Shown: one piece after another, positions 10,101-18,319 of the stretch
How the letters are laid out: each line of letters begins with the position of its first letter
How positions within the stretch are numbered: the first letter of the stretch is position 1
Source: Candidatus Binatia bacterium
GTDB lineage: Bacteria; Desulfobacterota; Binatia; UBA9968; JAJDTQ01
Length of the DNA: 64,000 nt
Direction of reading: 5' to 3'
NCBI GenBank assembly: GCA_963666515.2
Contig: OY762897.2
Location: 1,088,001 to 1,152,000, forward strand
The notes under the pieces: model-generated
The model's database searches: none
Told to the model about the DNA's origin: nothing
Seen by the model: only the letters and a program-made list of their open reading frames with translations
Translations under genes and position numbers: made by a program

Positions 10101-10847
10101 TCGATACTGAGTGGGCTAAACCGGACCGAGGAAGCACTGGCCGTGTACGATGAGGTGGTGCGTCGATTCAATGACACCGAAGGGCCGGTTATTCTTGAAG
10201 AGGTCGTAACAGCTTTCGTCTGCAAGGGATACGAGCTCGGTAACTTGAACCGTCCAGACGAAGCATTGGCCACCTGTGACGAAGTGGAGCAGCGATTCGG
10301 AAACAGCGACTATGTCCCTATCCGCGGACTGACCGAGGACGCGCTCTTAGTGAAAGCGAATATTGAGTTGAAGGATCAGAGATACAGGGCCGCAATCGAC
10401 ACGGCTGGTCACGTACTTGACCAGCACCGCACGGAATCGCCAGAGAACCGATTGGCAGGTCACCAAATCCGCGCAGTGGCGGCCCTTGCGACCGGCAATT
10501 TGTCCGGATGCGAGCAGGACATCAAGGCGATCCTTGCAATTCTTCCGGAAGTTACGTCTCTCTCGAAGCCGATATTCAACACGTTGATGGCCTTCAGCAT
10601 CGAGCTCGGTCCGTCGCGTATGCGGCAAATCATCCAGGCATCGCCATCCGCCAAGTTGCTGTTGCCTCTCACCACAGCTTTGGAACGTGAGCTTGGAATT
10701 GAGTCCCGGGTCGCACGCGAGGTTGAGGAAGTGGCCCAGGACATCCAGCGGGACTTGGCGAAGTTGAGAGAAGACTGGACGATGGCAACGAGTGGGGAGA
10801 AGTTGGCGAGTCCCGCGTCAGTGCATACGGATCCGAAGAATGGCTGA
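7122..10847 (+). CDS. NTPase-wHTH-TPR repeat protein (STAND-like architecture)
   Basis: Walker A GPRGSGKTS, atypical Walker B LVLMVENLN, ILTGGSPR, HTH-like TTREVADRSRLETSKCSAQLARLIERGVV, then 14 TPR-like repeats. Confidence 0.85.
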   Translation: MAVTARKYNPGFLTDDELVASFCVRTSEFESMVEMLRDCTGSSNPHQIVTGPRGSGKTSLLLRIAAEVRRDSELSSRFFPIVFAEESYEVATAGEFWLECLSRLAAQAPSREGGPDLQRTVEELRTHRDDRTLAERCLVSLLDFSDREDKRLVLMVENLNMMFRDMADADTGWRLRHTLQNEPRILMLASATSRFDEIDNPEHALYDLFRVHTLRPLNTKECAVLWETVSGRCPAPKTIRSLEILTGGSPRLLTIVARFGAVRSFRELMADLLDLVDDHTEYFKSHIESLPPQERRVYLALAELWKPATTREVADRSRLETSKCSAQLARLIERGVVQIKGGTARRKQYYLTERLYNIYYLMRRSRGASGLVEALIQFMASYYSPSELKDLSTRVARDALVSDPETQPLHRAALVSLMALPALAGYRRELLAMIPSDLAEVLDLARLGAAKPDHYRDDQFDEQPEAASAKALLEEAVALDAQNRPEEAVAAYDAVIQRCVGNETSTILELVAAALVNKGAMLLIRLNRPEAALAVFDEVTRRFASSGNPNLWRSVAVSFLNKSAALSVLNRTEEALTAFDEVVQRFGSSETTILLEQVAVALVNKGAMLGELGRPEEALTACDEVVRRFGRNGAPAFCRPVAKAFVNKGMAHKVLNRMEDALAAFDEVVCRFGHSESSAFLDEFATALVEKGIALGRLDRPLEALATFDTAVRRFRDGKDPSLLRQVVKALVNQGVVLAELNRPEDALAALDEAVNRFGSDDTPAFRDLVAKAFVSKGAVLSRLNLWDEAVVAYDEVVRRFGSSGEPALLELVATALVNKGLTLGILNRQEEALATFDEVTRRFGTSKEPALLKLIAAALVARGVALDASNRSDQALTGWDEVVHQFAASDVPAVLEQAAIALVNKASVLLRLNRPEEALIVCDELVNRFEASETPDMSEQVASAFLDKGAALDTLDRPEDALAAYDEVVRRFGASETLGLLESVAKALVNSGSILSGLNRTEEALAVYDEVVRRFNDTEGPVILEEVVTAFVCKGYELGNLNRPDEALATCDEVEQRFGNSDYVPIRGLTEDALLVKANIELKDQRYRAAIDTAGHVLDQHRTESPENRLAGHQIRAVAALATGNLSGCEQDIKAILAILPEVTSLSKPIFNTLMAFSIELGPSRMRQIIQASPSAKLLLPLTTALERELGIESRVAREVEEVAQDIQRDLAKLREDWTMATSGEKLASPASVHTDPKNG
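8574..10382 (+). repeat. 14 tandem ~129-bp (43-aa) TPR-like coding repeats
   Basis: Consensus PEEALAAFDEVVRRFG-x(8)-EQVAKALVNKGxxLxxLNR, counted 14 times in the translation. Boundaries are approximate. Confidence 0.9.
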
Positions 10848-13815
10848 CACGCGCCTGATCGAACGGTGGTTGCCGATTGCGGAGATCGGTATCGAGAGCA
10901 TTCGTGAGCGGACTCCGATGACGCCGTTCCCTGCACCGAACCGACTCCACGTCTGGTGGGCGCGGCGTCCGCTGGTGGCGTCCCGGGCGGCGGTTCTGGC
11001 GTCCCTGCTGCCGAAGGATGCGGACCGAAGTCGGTTTCTGCATGTGCTTGGAATTCACGGCGATCCGGTGGCGGTCAAGCAGACACTCAACAAGGCGAAA
11101 CGTAGCGGGGAAAATCTAGGACCGAATCCATATGGCTATGGACGTGCTTTCAGCTATGTGCCGGATAACGAAGACAAGGGTTGGTTAGCGGATGCCACAG
11201 GAAGGTCTTTATCGCGCACGTCGGTGCTTGATCCGACCTCTGGCGGTGGCAGCATCCCCATGGAAACTGTACGGCTCGGGCTTGCGCCAGTAGCGAACGA
11301 CCTGAATTCTGTCGCTACGTTGATTCTCAAGGCGACTGTCGATTGGCCGTTCCGGCATTCCTCCGAAATGCTGGAATCCTTCCAGACATTGAGTCGTGAG
11401 TTCGTTCGCCGGGCGGAGCCGAAGTACGAAGGCGTGTTTCCCGCTGAGCACGACGGCACTCGGATCGTCGGTTATCTTTGGGCGCGAACTATCGTCTGCC
11501 CGTACTGTGAAGGGCTGGTGCCGCTGTCGCCCAACTGGCGGTTGGCACCCAGCGGGACGGGCATCCGCTTGAAGCCTGTCCTCGGTGCCGGGCCGGGGTC
11601 ACCGGGGCGTGTGTGTTCATTCGAGATTGTCGAGGACCTTGCAGAGCAGTCGCCCGGCACAGTGTCACGCGGGTCGGGTGACTGTCCTTATCCGGACTGT
11701 CGGCGAATCATCGACGGCGATACGATCAAAGCCCAGGGGCAGGCCGGAAGGATGGGCGAGCAGCTTTACGCTGTCGTCTACAAGCAGCGAGTCGAGTACG
11801 AGACGAAGACGGGCCAGATTCGAGTGAAGTGGGTGCGCGGCTACCGGGCGCCGTGTCTGGAGGATGACAACGATGTGGATGTCCGGGCGCGACTCGATGA
11901 GAAGCTGGTTGAGTGGGATGCTTTCGACATCGTGCCGACCGAAGACTATGACCATATGTACAGCGACCGGTCGAGAATCTATGGTGTCAACAAATGGCGC
12001 GACCTGTTTTCGCCCCGCCAACTCCTTTGCCACGGCACGAGCGTGGAAATCTTCCGGGAAATGCTCGACGCGGATCGGGCCGCCGGCCATCTCGACGGGG
12101 TTCGGAAGGCTGCCTACGGGTATCTTGCGCTGGCCCTGGACAAGCTGCGCGATTACAACTCCAGGATGACCCGGTGGCATGCGAATCGCCAAGTGATGGT
12201 CAATACCTTCGACCGGCATGATTTCGCGTTCAAGTGGTCCTACGCCGAGATGGCGCCCTTGATTACCGGCCTTGGGTACGACTGGGCCATCAAGCAGACC
12301 GCCAAGTGCATCAGCGAGCTTGTCGCCCTCGTCCGTCCTGACGCCCGCGTCAATGCCGCCGACCCCGGTCTTTTCGACCGGGTTGACGAGGAGGCCGATC
12401 GACCTCCGCCGCCACCCTCGGTCACCATCACCTGCAAGCCGGGCGACAGCCTCGACCACATCCGCGACGCATCCATCGACGCCGTGGTGATGGACCCACC
12501 GTACTATGACAACGTGATGTACGCTGAGCTTTCGGACTTCTTCTACGTTTGGTTGAAGCGCACCGCCGGTCACGTCTTTCCCGAGCTGTTCCGCCGCCAG
12601 CTTACGGACAAGGAGAACGAGGCGGTGGCCAATCCGGCCAAGTTCCAGGGAGAGAAGGGGGCGCGGGCGCGCGCCGGTCAGGACTACCAGGAGCGCATGG
12701 CGGCCATCTTCGCGGAGTGCCGCCGGGTCCTGAAGTCCGACGGCATCATGACCCTCATGTTCACCCACAAGGCCACGGGGGCCTGGGACGCGCTCACCAA
12801 GGGGTTGATAGAGGCGGGTTTCACCATCACCGCCTCCTGGCCCATCAATACGGAGGCGGAAGGGAGCCTGCACATCAAGGACAAGGCCGCGGCCAACAGC
12901 ACCATCTTCCTGGTGTGCCGCCCGCGCGTCCGTGATCCGTTCCTGGTTCGGGATGAGCCGGAACTTTACTGGGAAGACGTGGAGCCGCGGGTCGCATCCG
13001 CAGTGCGTTCGCGGGTCTGCGAGTTCCAGGAGGCGGGCATTGCCGGGGTCGATCTCTACCTTGCCTCGTTCGGGCCGGCCCTGGAGGAGTTCTCCCGTCA
13101 CTGGCCGATCAAGCGGGGCACGCCGCGCGAGCTTCCCGTCGAACGCCGTCGCCGGCGCCAGCACGTGCTTTTCGAGGAGGAATGGGACCCCTACGTCGCC
13201 ACGCCCGAAGACGCCCTCGGGGTCGCCCGGCGGGAGGTCAAGCGCTGGCGTCTGGAGCAGTTGACTCATCTCAAGGCCAACGCCGATTTGGATGCCGCGA
13301 CGGCGTTCTTCGTGCTTGCCTGGGATGCGTTCAAGGCGCCCGTGTTCTCTTACGACGAGGCGCTCAGGCTCGCGCACGCCGTGGGCGTTGATCTTGATAG
13401 TGACGTGGTCGGCCGGCTGGCCGAGAAGAAGGGGAGCGACATCCGGCTCTGGGACAGCGCGCGGCGTGCCGCCAAGGGGGCGCTCGGTCCGCCTGACGGC
13501 TCCCGCGGCATGATCGACGCGATCCATCACGCGGCCAATCTGGCGCGTCTTCGATCCCTGGACGCGGCGCGGGAGTTGCTGGCCACGACCCTGGTGGACA
13601 AGGACCCGCGCTTCTTCGCCTCCCTCGAAGCGGTGCTGGAGGTGCTGCCCGTCTCTCGTGCCTTCACGGGGATCGAGTTGACAGGGGAGGCCGCAGCGTC
13701 GGGTACGGACTTCGAGACGCTCTACAATCTTTCCCGCCTTGCGTACCGCGACCGCATCGACGAGCCTGAGCAGTTGAAGGAACAGTTGAAGCTGTGGCAG
13801 GACGGCGATAGCTGA
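10840..13815 (+). CDS. DUF1156-domain adenine-specific DNA methyltransferase
   Basis: RLIERWLP and LHVWWARRPL (DUF1156), DPTSGGGSIP (SAM binding), CPYC...CPYPDC, DPPYY catalytic motif. ATG at 10840 overlaps the previous stop. Confidence 0.92.
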   Translation: MADTRLIERWLPIAEIGIESIRERTPMTPFPAPNRLHVWWARRPLVASRAAVLASLLPKDADRSRFLHVLGIHGDPVAVKQTLNKAKRSGENLGPNPYGYGRAFSYVPDNEDKGWLADATGRSLSRTSVLDPTSGGGSIPMETVRLGLAPVANDLNSVATLILKATVDWPFRHSSEMLESFQTLSREFVRRAEPKYEGVFPAEHDGTRIVGYLWARTIVCPYCEGLVPLSPNWRLAPSGTGIRLKPVLGAGPGSPGRVCSFEIVEDLAEQSPGTVSRGSGDCPYPDCRRIIDGDTIKAQGQAGRMGEQLYAVVYKQRVEYETKTGQIRVKWVRGYRAPCLEDDNDVDVRARLDEKLVEWDAFDIVPTEDYDHMYSDRSRIYGVNKWRDLFSPRQLLCHGTSVEIFREMLDADRAAGHLDGVRKAAYGYLALALDKLRDYNSRMTRWHANRQVMVNTFDRHDFAFKWSYAEMAPLITGLGYDWAIKQTAKCISELVALVRPDARVNAADPGLFDRVDEEADRPPPPPSVTITCKPGDSLDHIRDASIDAVVMDPPYYDNVMYAELSDFFYVWLKRTAGHVFPELFRRQLTDKENEAVANPAKFQGEKGARARAGQDYQERMAAIFAECRRVLKSDGIMTLMFTHKATGAWDALTKGLIEAGFTITASWPINTEAEGSLHIKDKAAANSTIFLVCRPRVRDPFLVRDEPELYWEDVEPRVASAVRSRVCEFQEAGIAGVDLYLASFGPALEEFSRHWPIKRGTPRELPVERRRRRQHVLFEEEWDPYVATPEDALGVARREVKRWRLEQLTHLKANADLDAATAFFVLAWDAFKAPVFSYDEALRLAHAVGVDLDSDVVGRLAEKKGSDIRLWDSARRAAKGALGPPDGSRGMIDAIHHAANLARLRSLDAARELLATTLVDKDPRFFASLEAVLEVLPVSRAFTGIELTGEAAASGTDFETLYNLSRLAYRDRIDEPEQLKEQLKLWQDGDS

Positions 13816-13818
13816 ATC

Positions 13819-16800
13819 ATGCTTCGGGACCGCAACTGGAAGCTCAAGTACACGCCTGACGACGGTGATCTCGTCCGGCTTTTCTACGTTCCGGCCCTGG
13901 AAGACGCAGAGCGCTACGACCGTCTGACCGGCTACTTCAACGCCGGCGCTCTCGCGCTGGCGGCGCGCGGCATCGAGGGCTTGGTGCGCAACCGTGGGCG
14001 CATGCGGCTCATCGTCGGCTGCACCCTGGCGCCGCCCGAGATCGAGGCCATCGAGCGGGGCGAGGAACTGCGCACGCGGGTCGAGCAGCGTCTGGCGGAC
14101 CTGCCTCTGGCGCCCCCGGACGCGGAGGCCTACGGTGCTCTTGAGTTGCTGGCCTGGATGGTGGCCCGCGGCCATCTCGACGTGAAGGTGGCGGTGCCTT
14201 GCGACGCGAGCGGTAAGCCGGTGAGCGACGACGGCATCTTCCACGAGAAGGCCGGCATCATCGAGGACCGCACGGGCGAAAAGATCGCCTGGAACGGCAG
14301 CCTGAACGAGACCGCGGCCGGCTGGCGCACCAACTGGGAGAGCATCAACGTCTATACGAGTTGGGGACCGCAACCCGAGCGGGCCGTGGCCGAGGAGACG
14401 AACTTCGCGCGCATTTGGGCCAACCGCAGTCCGCGTCTTTCGGTGTTGGACGTGCCGGACGCGGTGCGGCGGGACCTGTTGCGTTTCCTGCCTGCCGACG
14501 ATGCGCTGCCGGAACGATTGAAAGGGGTGGTGGAGGGGACGGCGGAGGTAACGCATGCCGATCCGGTCCCTGAACTGCTGGCAGTCCCGTCAGCCGATTG
14601 GCGGACCCGTGTGTGGGCTTTCATCCGGCGCGCGCCGACCCTTTCGGGTGGCGGCGCACGTGTCGGCGAGGCTACCGCGGCGGTCACGCCGTGGCCGCAT
14701 CAGGTACGCGCCTTCGAGCGCCTCTACGGCAATTGGCCCCCGAAGCTGCTGATCGCCGACGAGGTGGGGCTCGGCAAGACCATCCAGGCCGGGCTGCTCT
14801 TGCGGCAGGCGTGGCTCGCGGCCCGCGCGCAACGCATTCTCGTCCTGGCGCCCAAGGCCGTGCTGGGGCAATGGCAGATCGAGCTGCGCGAGAAGTTCAA
14901 CCTCAACTGGCCGATCTACGACGGGCGCAAGCTCACTTGGTATCCGTCGCCGGCGCAACGCGGCCGCCACGAACGCGAGGTGAGCCGCTCTGACTGGCAC
15001 CATGAGCCGGCCGTCATCGCCTCGAGCCAGCTCATGCGGCGGCACGACCGCGCCGACGCGCTGCTGGCGGAAGCCGAGCCTTGGGATCTCGTGGTGCTCG
15101 ACGAAGCGCACCATGCCCGCAGGCGCGGGGCGGGAAGCCAGAGCGAAGGCGGGCCGAACGCCCTGCTTCAGCTCATGCGCGGGTTGAAGGAGCGCACTCG
15201 GGGTTTGGTGCTGCTGACCGCGACCCCCATGCAAGTGCACCCGGTAGAGGTCTGGGACCTGTTGGATCTCCTGGGTCTCCCGCCGGAATGGACTGCGGAA
15301 GCGTTCCTCAGTTTCTTCGACGATCTGGAGCAGCCGAGCCCTTCGACAGACGCCATGGAGCGCATGGCGCGGCTGTTCCAGGCGGTGGAGCGCGGCTACG
15401 GCCCGATCACGGCGGAGGACGCGCGAGGTCTGGCCGACCTGTCGCGCCTCAAGGCCAACAAGGTTCTCCGGGCGTTGCGCGACGGTTCCAGCATCCCGCG
15501 CAGGCAGTTGGAGACGCCGGAGCGCCGGGCCGCGGTGCGGATCGTGCAGGCGCATACTCCGATTCGGCGGCTGGTCTCGCGCCATACGCGGGAGCTGTTG
15601 CGCCGTTACTTCAAGGCCGGAACCCTGACGACCCCCATCGCCGACCGCAAGGTCGAAGATCGCTTCGTGACGATGAGCGCCGGCGAGCGCTCACTCTACG
15701 AGGCGGTGGAAGAGTACATTTCGGGGACCTACAACCAGGCCGCGGCGGCCGAGCGAAACGCCGTGGGCTTCGTCATGACCATCTATCGCCGCCGGCTGGC
15801 CAGCAGCTTCCGCTCGCTCGGCAGCACGCTCCAGCGGCACATGGACACCATTGCCTCGGGCCAGGGATTGATGTCGCTGGACGAGGACGCCCCGGACGAC
15901 GAGACGCTCGACGAAGCGCCGGACACCGAAGAAATGGCCGCCATGGAGCGGCAGGCGCTAGCCATGGAAGAAACCGGCGACATCCAGGGCCTGCTCGACA
16001 GCATCGGCCGTCTTCCCCCGGACAGCAAGCTGGCCAGTCTCAAGCAGGCGCTCGACGCGTTGCGCGGCGACGGCTACCGGCAGGTCATGGTGTTCACCCA
16101 ATATACGGACACCATGGATTTTCTTCGCGAGGAACTCGGCAAGGACCCGAATCTGCGGTTGCTGTGCTTCTCGGGCCGCGGCGGGGAGGTCGCCGGAGCC
16201 GATGGCGTGTGGCGGCGAATCGGCCGGGACGACGCCAAGCGCCGATTCCGAGACGGCGAGGCAGACTTGCTGCTCTGCACGGACGCCGCGGCCGAGGGGT
16301 TGAACTTCCAGTTCTGCGGCGCCCTGGTCAACTACGACATGCCGTGGAACCCCATGCGCGTGGAGCAGCGCATCGGCCGCATCGACCGCCTTGGGCAGCA
16401 CCATTCGGTGATCCGCATCATCAATCTGCATTACGAAGGCACGGTCGAGACCGATGTCTACCGCGCCTTGCGCCAACGCATCGGGCTGTTCGAAACGGTG
16501 GTGGGACGCCTGCAACCGATCCTGGCGCGGCTCCCGCACGCCATCACCGGCGCCGTGCTCGCCGGTCGGGAACGAGAGCGCGTGGAGGTCGTCGAAACCA
16601 TCGAGCAACAGGCAAGCGCCGCCGAACGCGGCGGCTTCGACCTGGATGCAGTGTTGGACGAGGATGTCGTCATGCCGCAACGGCCGCCGTCTCCGGTTCT
16701 CATGGAAGACCTGGATCGGGTCATTTCCTCTGAGGACTTGATGCCTCCGGGCACCGAGATTCAGCCGATGGCGAACCGGGAATACAGCCTGCTGGCGCCC

Positions 16801-16980
16801 GGAATGACCGAGCGCCTGCGAGTGACGACCGACCCAGCGTACTACGAGGAACACGCCGAAAGTGTCGAGTTATGGTCTCCGGGGAGTCCGTTGTTCAAGG
16901 CTCCCGAATTCGTTGCCCCACATGATGAGGATCTTCCCGAAGGCCGGACTTTGAAGGATGTCCTCGATGGACAAAGATGA
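13819..16980 (+). CDS. PLD-like nuclease fused to SNF2-family helicase
   Basis: HEKAGIIED...NGSLNET (HKD/PLD), ADEVGLGKT, DEAHH, LLTATP, AEGLNFQ, PWNPMRVEQRIGRIDRLGQ. Confidence 0.92.
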   Translation: MLRDRNWKLKYTPDDGDLVRLFYVPALEDAERYDRLTGYFNAGALALAARGIEGLVRNRGRMRLIVGCTLAPPEIEAIERGEELRTRVEQRLADLPLAPPDAEAYGALELLAWMVARGHLDVKVAVPCDASGKPVSDDGIFHEKAGIIEDRTGEKIAWNGSLNETAAGWRTNWESINVYTSWGPQPERAVAEETNFARIWANRSPRLSVLDVPDAVRRDLLRFLPADDALPERLKGVVEGTAEVTHADPVPELLAVPSADWRTRVWAFIRRAPTLSGGGARVGEATAAVTPWPHQVRAFERLYGNWPPKLLIADEVGLGKTIQAGLLLRQAWLAARAQRILVLAPKAVLGQWQIELREKFNLNWPIYDGRKLTWYPSPAQRGRHEREVSRSDWHHEPAVIASSQLMRRHDRADALLAEAEPWDLVVLDEAHHARRRGAGSQSEGGPNALLQLMRGLKERTRGLVLLTATPMQVHPVEVWDLLDLLGLPPEWTAEAFLSFFDDLEQPSPSTDAMERMARLFQAVERGYGPITAEDARGLADLSRLKANKVLRALRDGSSIPRRQLETPERRAAVRIVQAHTPIRRLVSRHTRELLRRYFKAGTLTTPIADRKVEDRFVTMSAGERSLYEAVEEYISGTYNQAAAAERNAVGFVMTIYRRRLASSFRSLGSTLQRHMDTIASGQGLMSLDEDAPDDETLDEAPDTEEMAAMERQALAMEETGDIQGLLDSIGRLPPDSKLASLKQALDALRGDGYRQVMVFTQYTDTMDFLREELGKDPNLRLLCFSGRGGEVAGADGVWRRIGRDDAKRRFRDGEADLLLCTDAAAEGLNFQFCGALVNYDMPWNPMRVEQRIGRIDRLGQHHSVIRIINLHYEGTVETDVYRALRQRIGLFETVVGRLQPILARLPHAITGAVLAGRERERVEVVETIEQQASAAERGGFDLDAVLDEDVVMPQRPPSPVLMEDLDRVISSEDLMPPGTEIQPMANREYSLLAPGMTERLRVTTDPAYYEEHAESVELWSPGSPLFKAPEFVAPHDEDLPEGRTLKDVLDGQR

Positions 16981-17034
16981 CAGAACCGCCCCGGGTTTAC
17001 CGCGCTCAACGAATGAGACGGTCCCGCCGGGCCA

Positions 17035-18276
17035 TTATCGCTCCAGCGTCTCCTTCGCAACGAACGCCAGCAGCAGGGCAGACAGCCATAGAACGGGAGT
17101 GAGGGCAAGGAACGGGATTCCGGGGTTGAACGCATTGGCGAGTATGCCGCCGCCCGCGGGCGCGCCCAGGCCTATCAGGTCTGCGATGGTGCGGCGCATG
17201 GCCTGGAGGCGGCCCCGGGCGTGTTGCGGCGCCAGGTCATAGGTGGTGGTGGCGAGACAGCCCAGGGAAAGTCCGTTGGCGATCCCCATCAGTGACACCA
17301 GCACGGCCAGCTCGGCAAAGGTGTCGGCGAACGGGATAAGGAGAAACACCACGGCCGGAATCAGATTGCTGGGCACGGTGGCCCACTTCCTGCCCACCTT
17401 GTCGAGCACGAATCCCGCGGGCACGATCATGAAGAACACCACCACCCCGGAGATGGAGAACAGCGCGCCCACCTCCACCGGGCTGAACCCGAGGTATCCG
17501 CCGGCATAGAGGGGCAGCATGCTCTGGAGGGTGAGCCGGCACATCAGGCTGGCGGTGGTGGCGACCACGAGGACCGCGTAGGTGCGGCGAAGCGCCGGCG
17601 CCACCTCGCGGTACAGCGCGACGACGCGGCCCGTCCAGTAACCGAGTCGGAAGCGCCGGACCGCGGTTCGCGCGGAAGGCCGCGGCATCCCCGCGCCGGA
17701 CGGGCGGTCCACCGCGAGGCCGCAAAGCGCCGCGAGAGCTGCAACCAGGGCATAGGCGACGAACACGTAGCGAAAGCCCGCCGACACGGTGAGGAAGCCG
17801 CCCACCAGCGGTCCCAGAGTCATCCCGGCGCTGTGGACGCCGTGGAAACCGCTCATGACACGCCCCCGCTGGTTCTGCGAAGCGAGGTCGATGCCCGCCA
17901 CCTCACGGCCCAGGTTCCATGAGGGCTCCACCACGCCGACGACGAACAGCGCCATCAGCAGCCACACGAAGTCGGGGCTTGCGAACGCCGCGATGGCGGC
18001 TACGGCCGTGACCGCGGCGCCAACGACCATCATCACGCGCGGCTCGGTGCGGTCGAGCACGATGCCGCTCACCGGCGTGCCGACGAAGCGGCCCGCGGCC
18101 CAGGCCGTGACCGTCTGGGCAGCGGCCCCCAGGGATACGTCGAAGGAGGCCGCCAGCACCGGGATGGTGGGCAGGACCATGCCCCAGCCGAGTCCGGAGA
18201 ACAGCGTGCTGCCGTACAGAAACAGGAAGTTCCGCAGCACGCGCGGTCCGAGGAAAGGGGTCCGGGCCACCGTCAA
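17035..18276 (-). CDS. MFS transporter
   Basis: About 12 hydrophobic segments. MFS motif A-like GFVLDKVGRK. Confidence 0.88.
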   Translation of the reverse strand: MTVARTPFLGPRVLRNFLFLYGSTLFSGLGWGMVLPTIPVLAASFDVSLGAAAQTVTAWAAGRFVGTPVSGIVLDRTEPRVMMVVGAAVTAVAAIAAFASPDFVWLLMALFVVGVVEPSWNLGREVAGIDLASQNQRGRVMSGFHGVHSAGMTLGPLVGGFLTVSAGFRYVFVAYALVAALAALCGLAVDRPSGAGMPRPSARTAVRRFRLGYWTGRVVALYREVAPALRRTYAVLVVATTASLMCRLTLQSMLPLYAGGYLGFSPVEVGALFSISGVVVFFMIVPAGFVLDKVGRKWATVPSNLIPAVVFLLIPFADTFAELAVLVSLMGIANGLSLGCLATTTYDLAPQHARGRLQAMRRTIADLIGLGAPAGGGILANAFNPGIPFLALTPVLWLSALLLAFVAKETLER

Positions 18277-18319
18277 AGGTTCCTTGCCGGAATCGGGGCG
18301 CCGGTGAACTCGCCGCGGT

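Noticed and set aside
8574-10382. Periodic DNA repeats as a CRISPR array or DGR template
   Set aside because: They are degenerate in-frame coding repeats of about 129 bp. There are no identical repeats with spacers, no cas genes and no reverse transcriptase.
11665-14556. 963-aa reverse-strand ORF and other long shadow ORFs (e.g. 18273-20420, 32452-34488, 15081-16733)
   Set aside because: They overlap well-supported genes, carry no recognisable motifs, and are expected in high-GC DNA.
16980-17035. att site or integrase marking the right border of the defence island
   Set aside because: No tRNA, integrase or recognisable repeat is visible. The left border lies outside the window.
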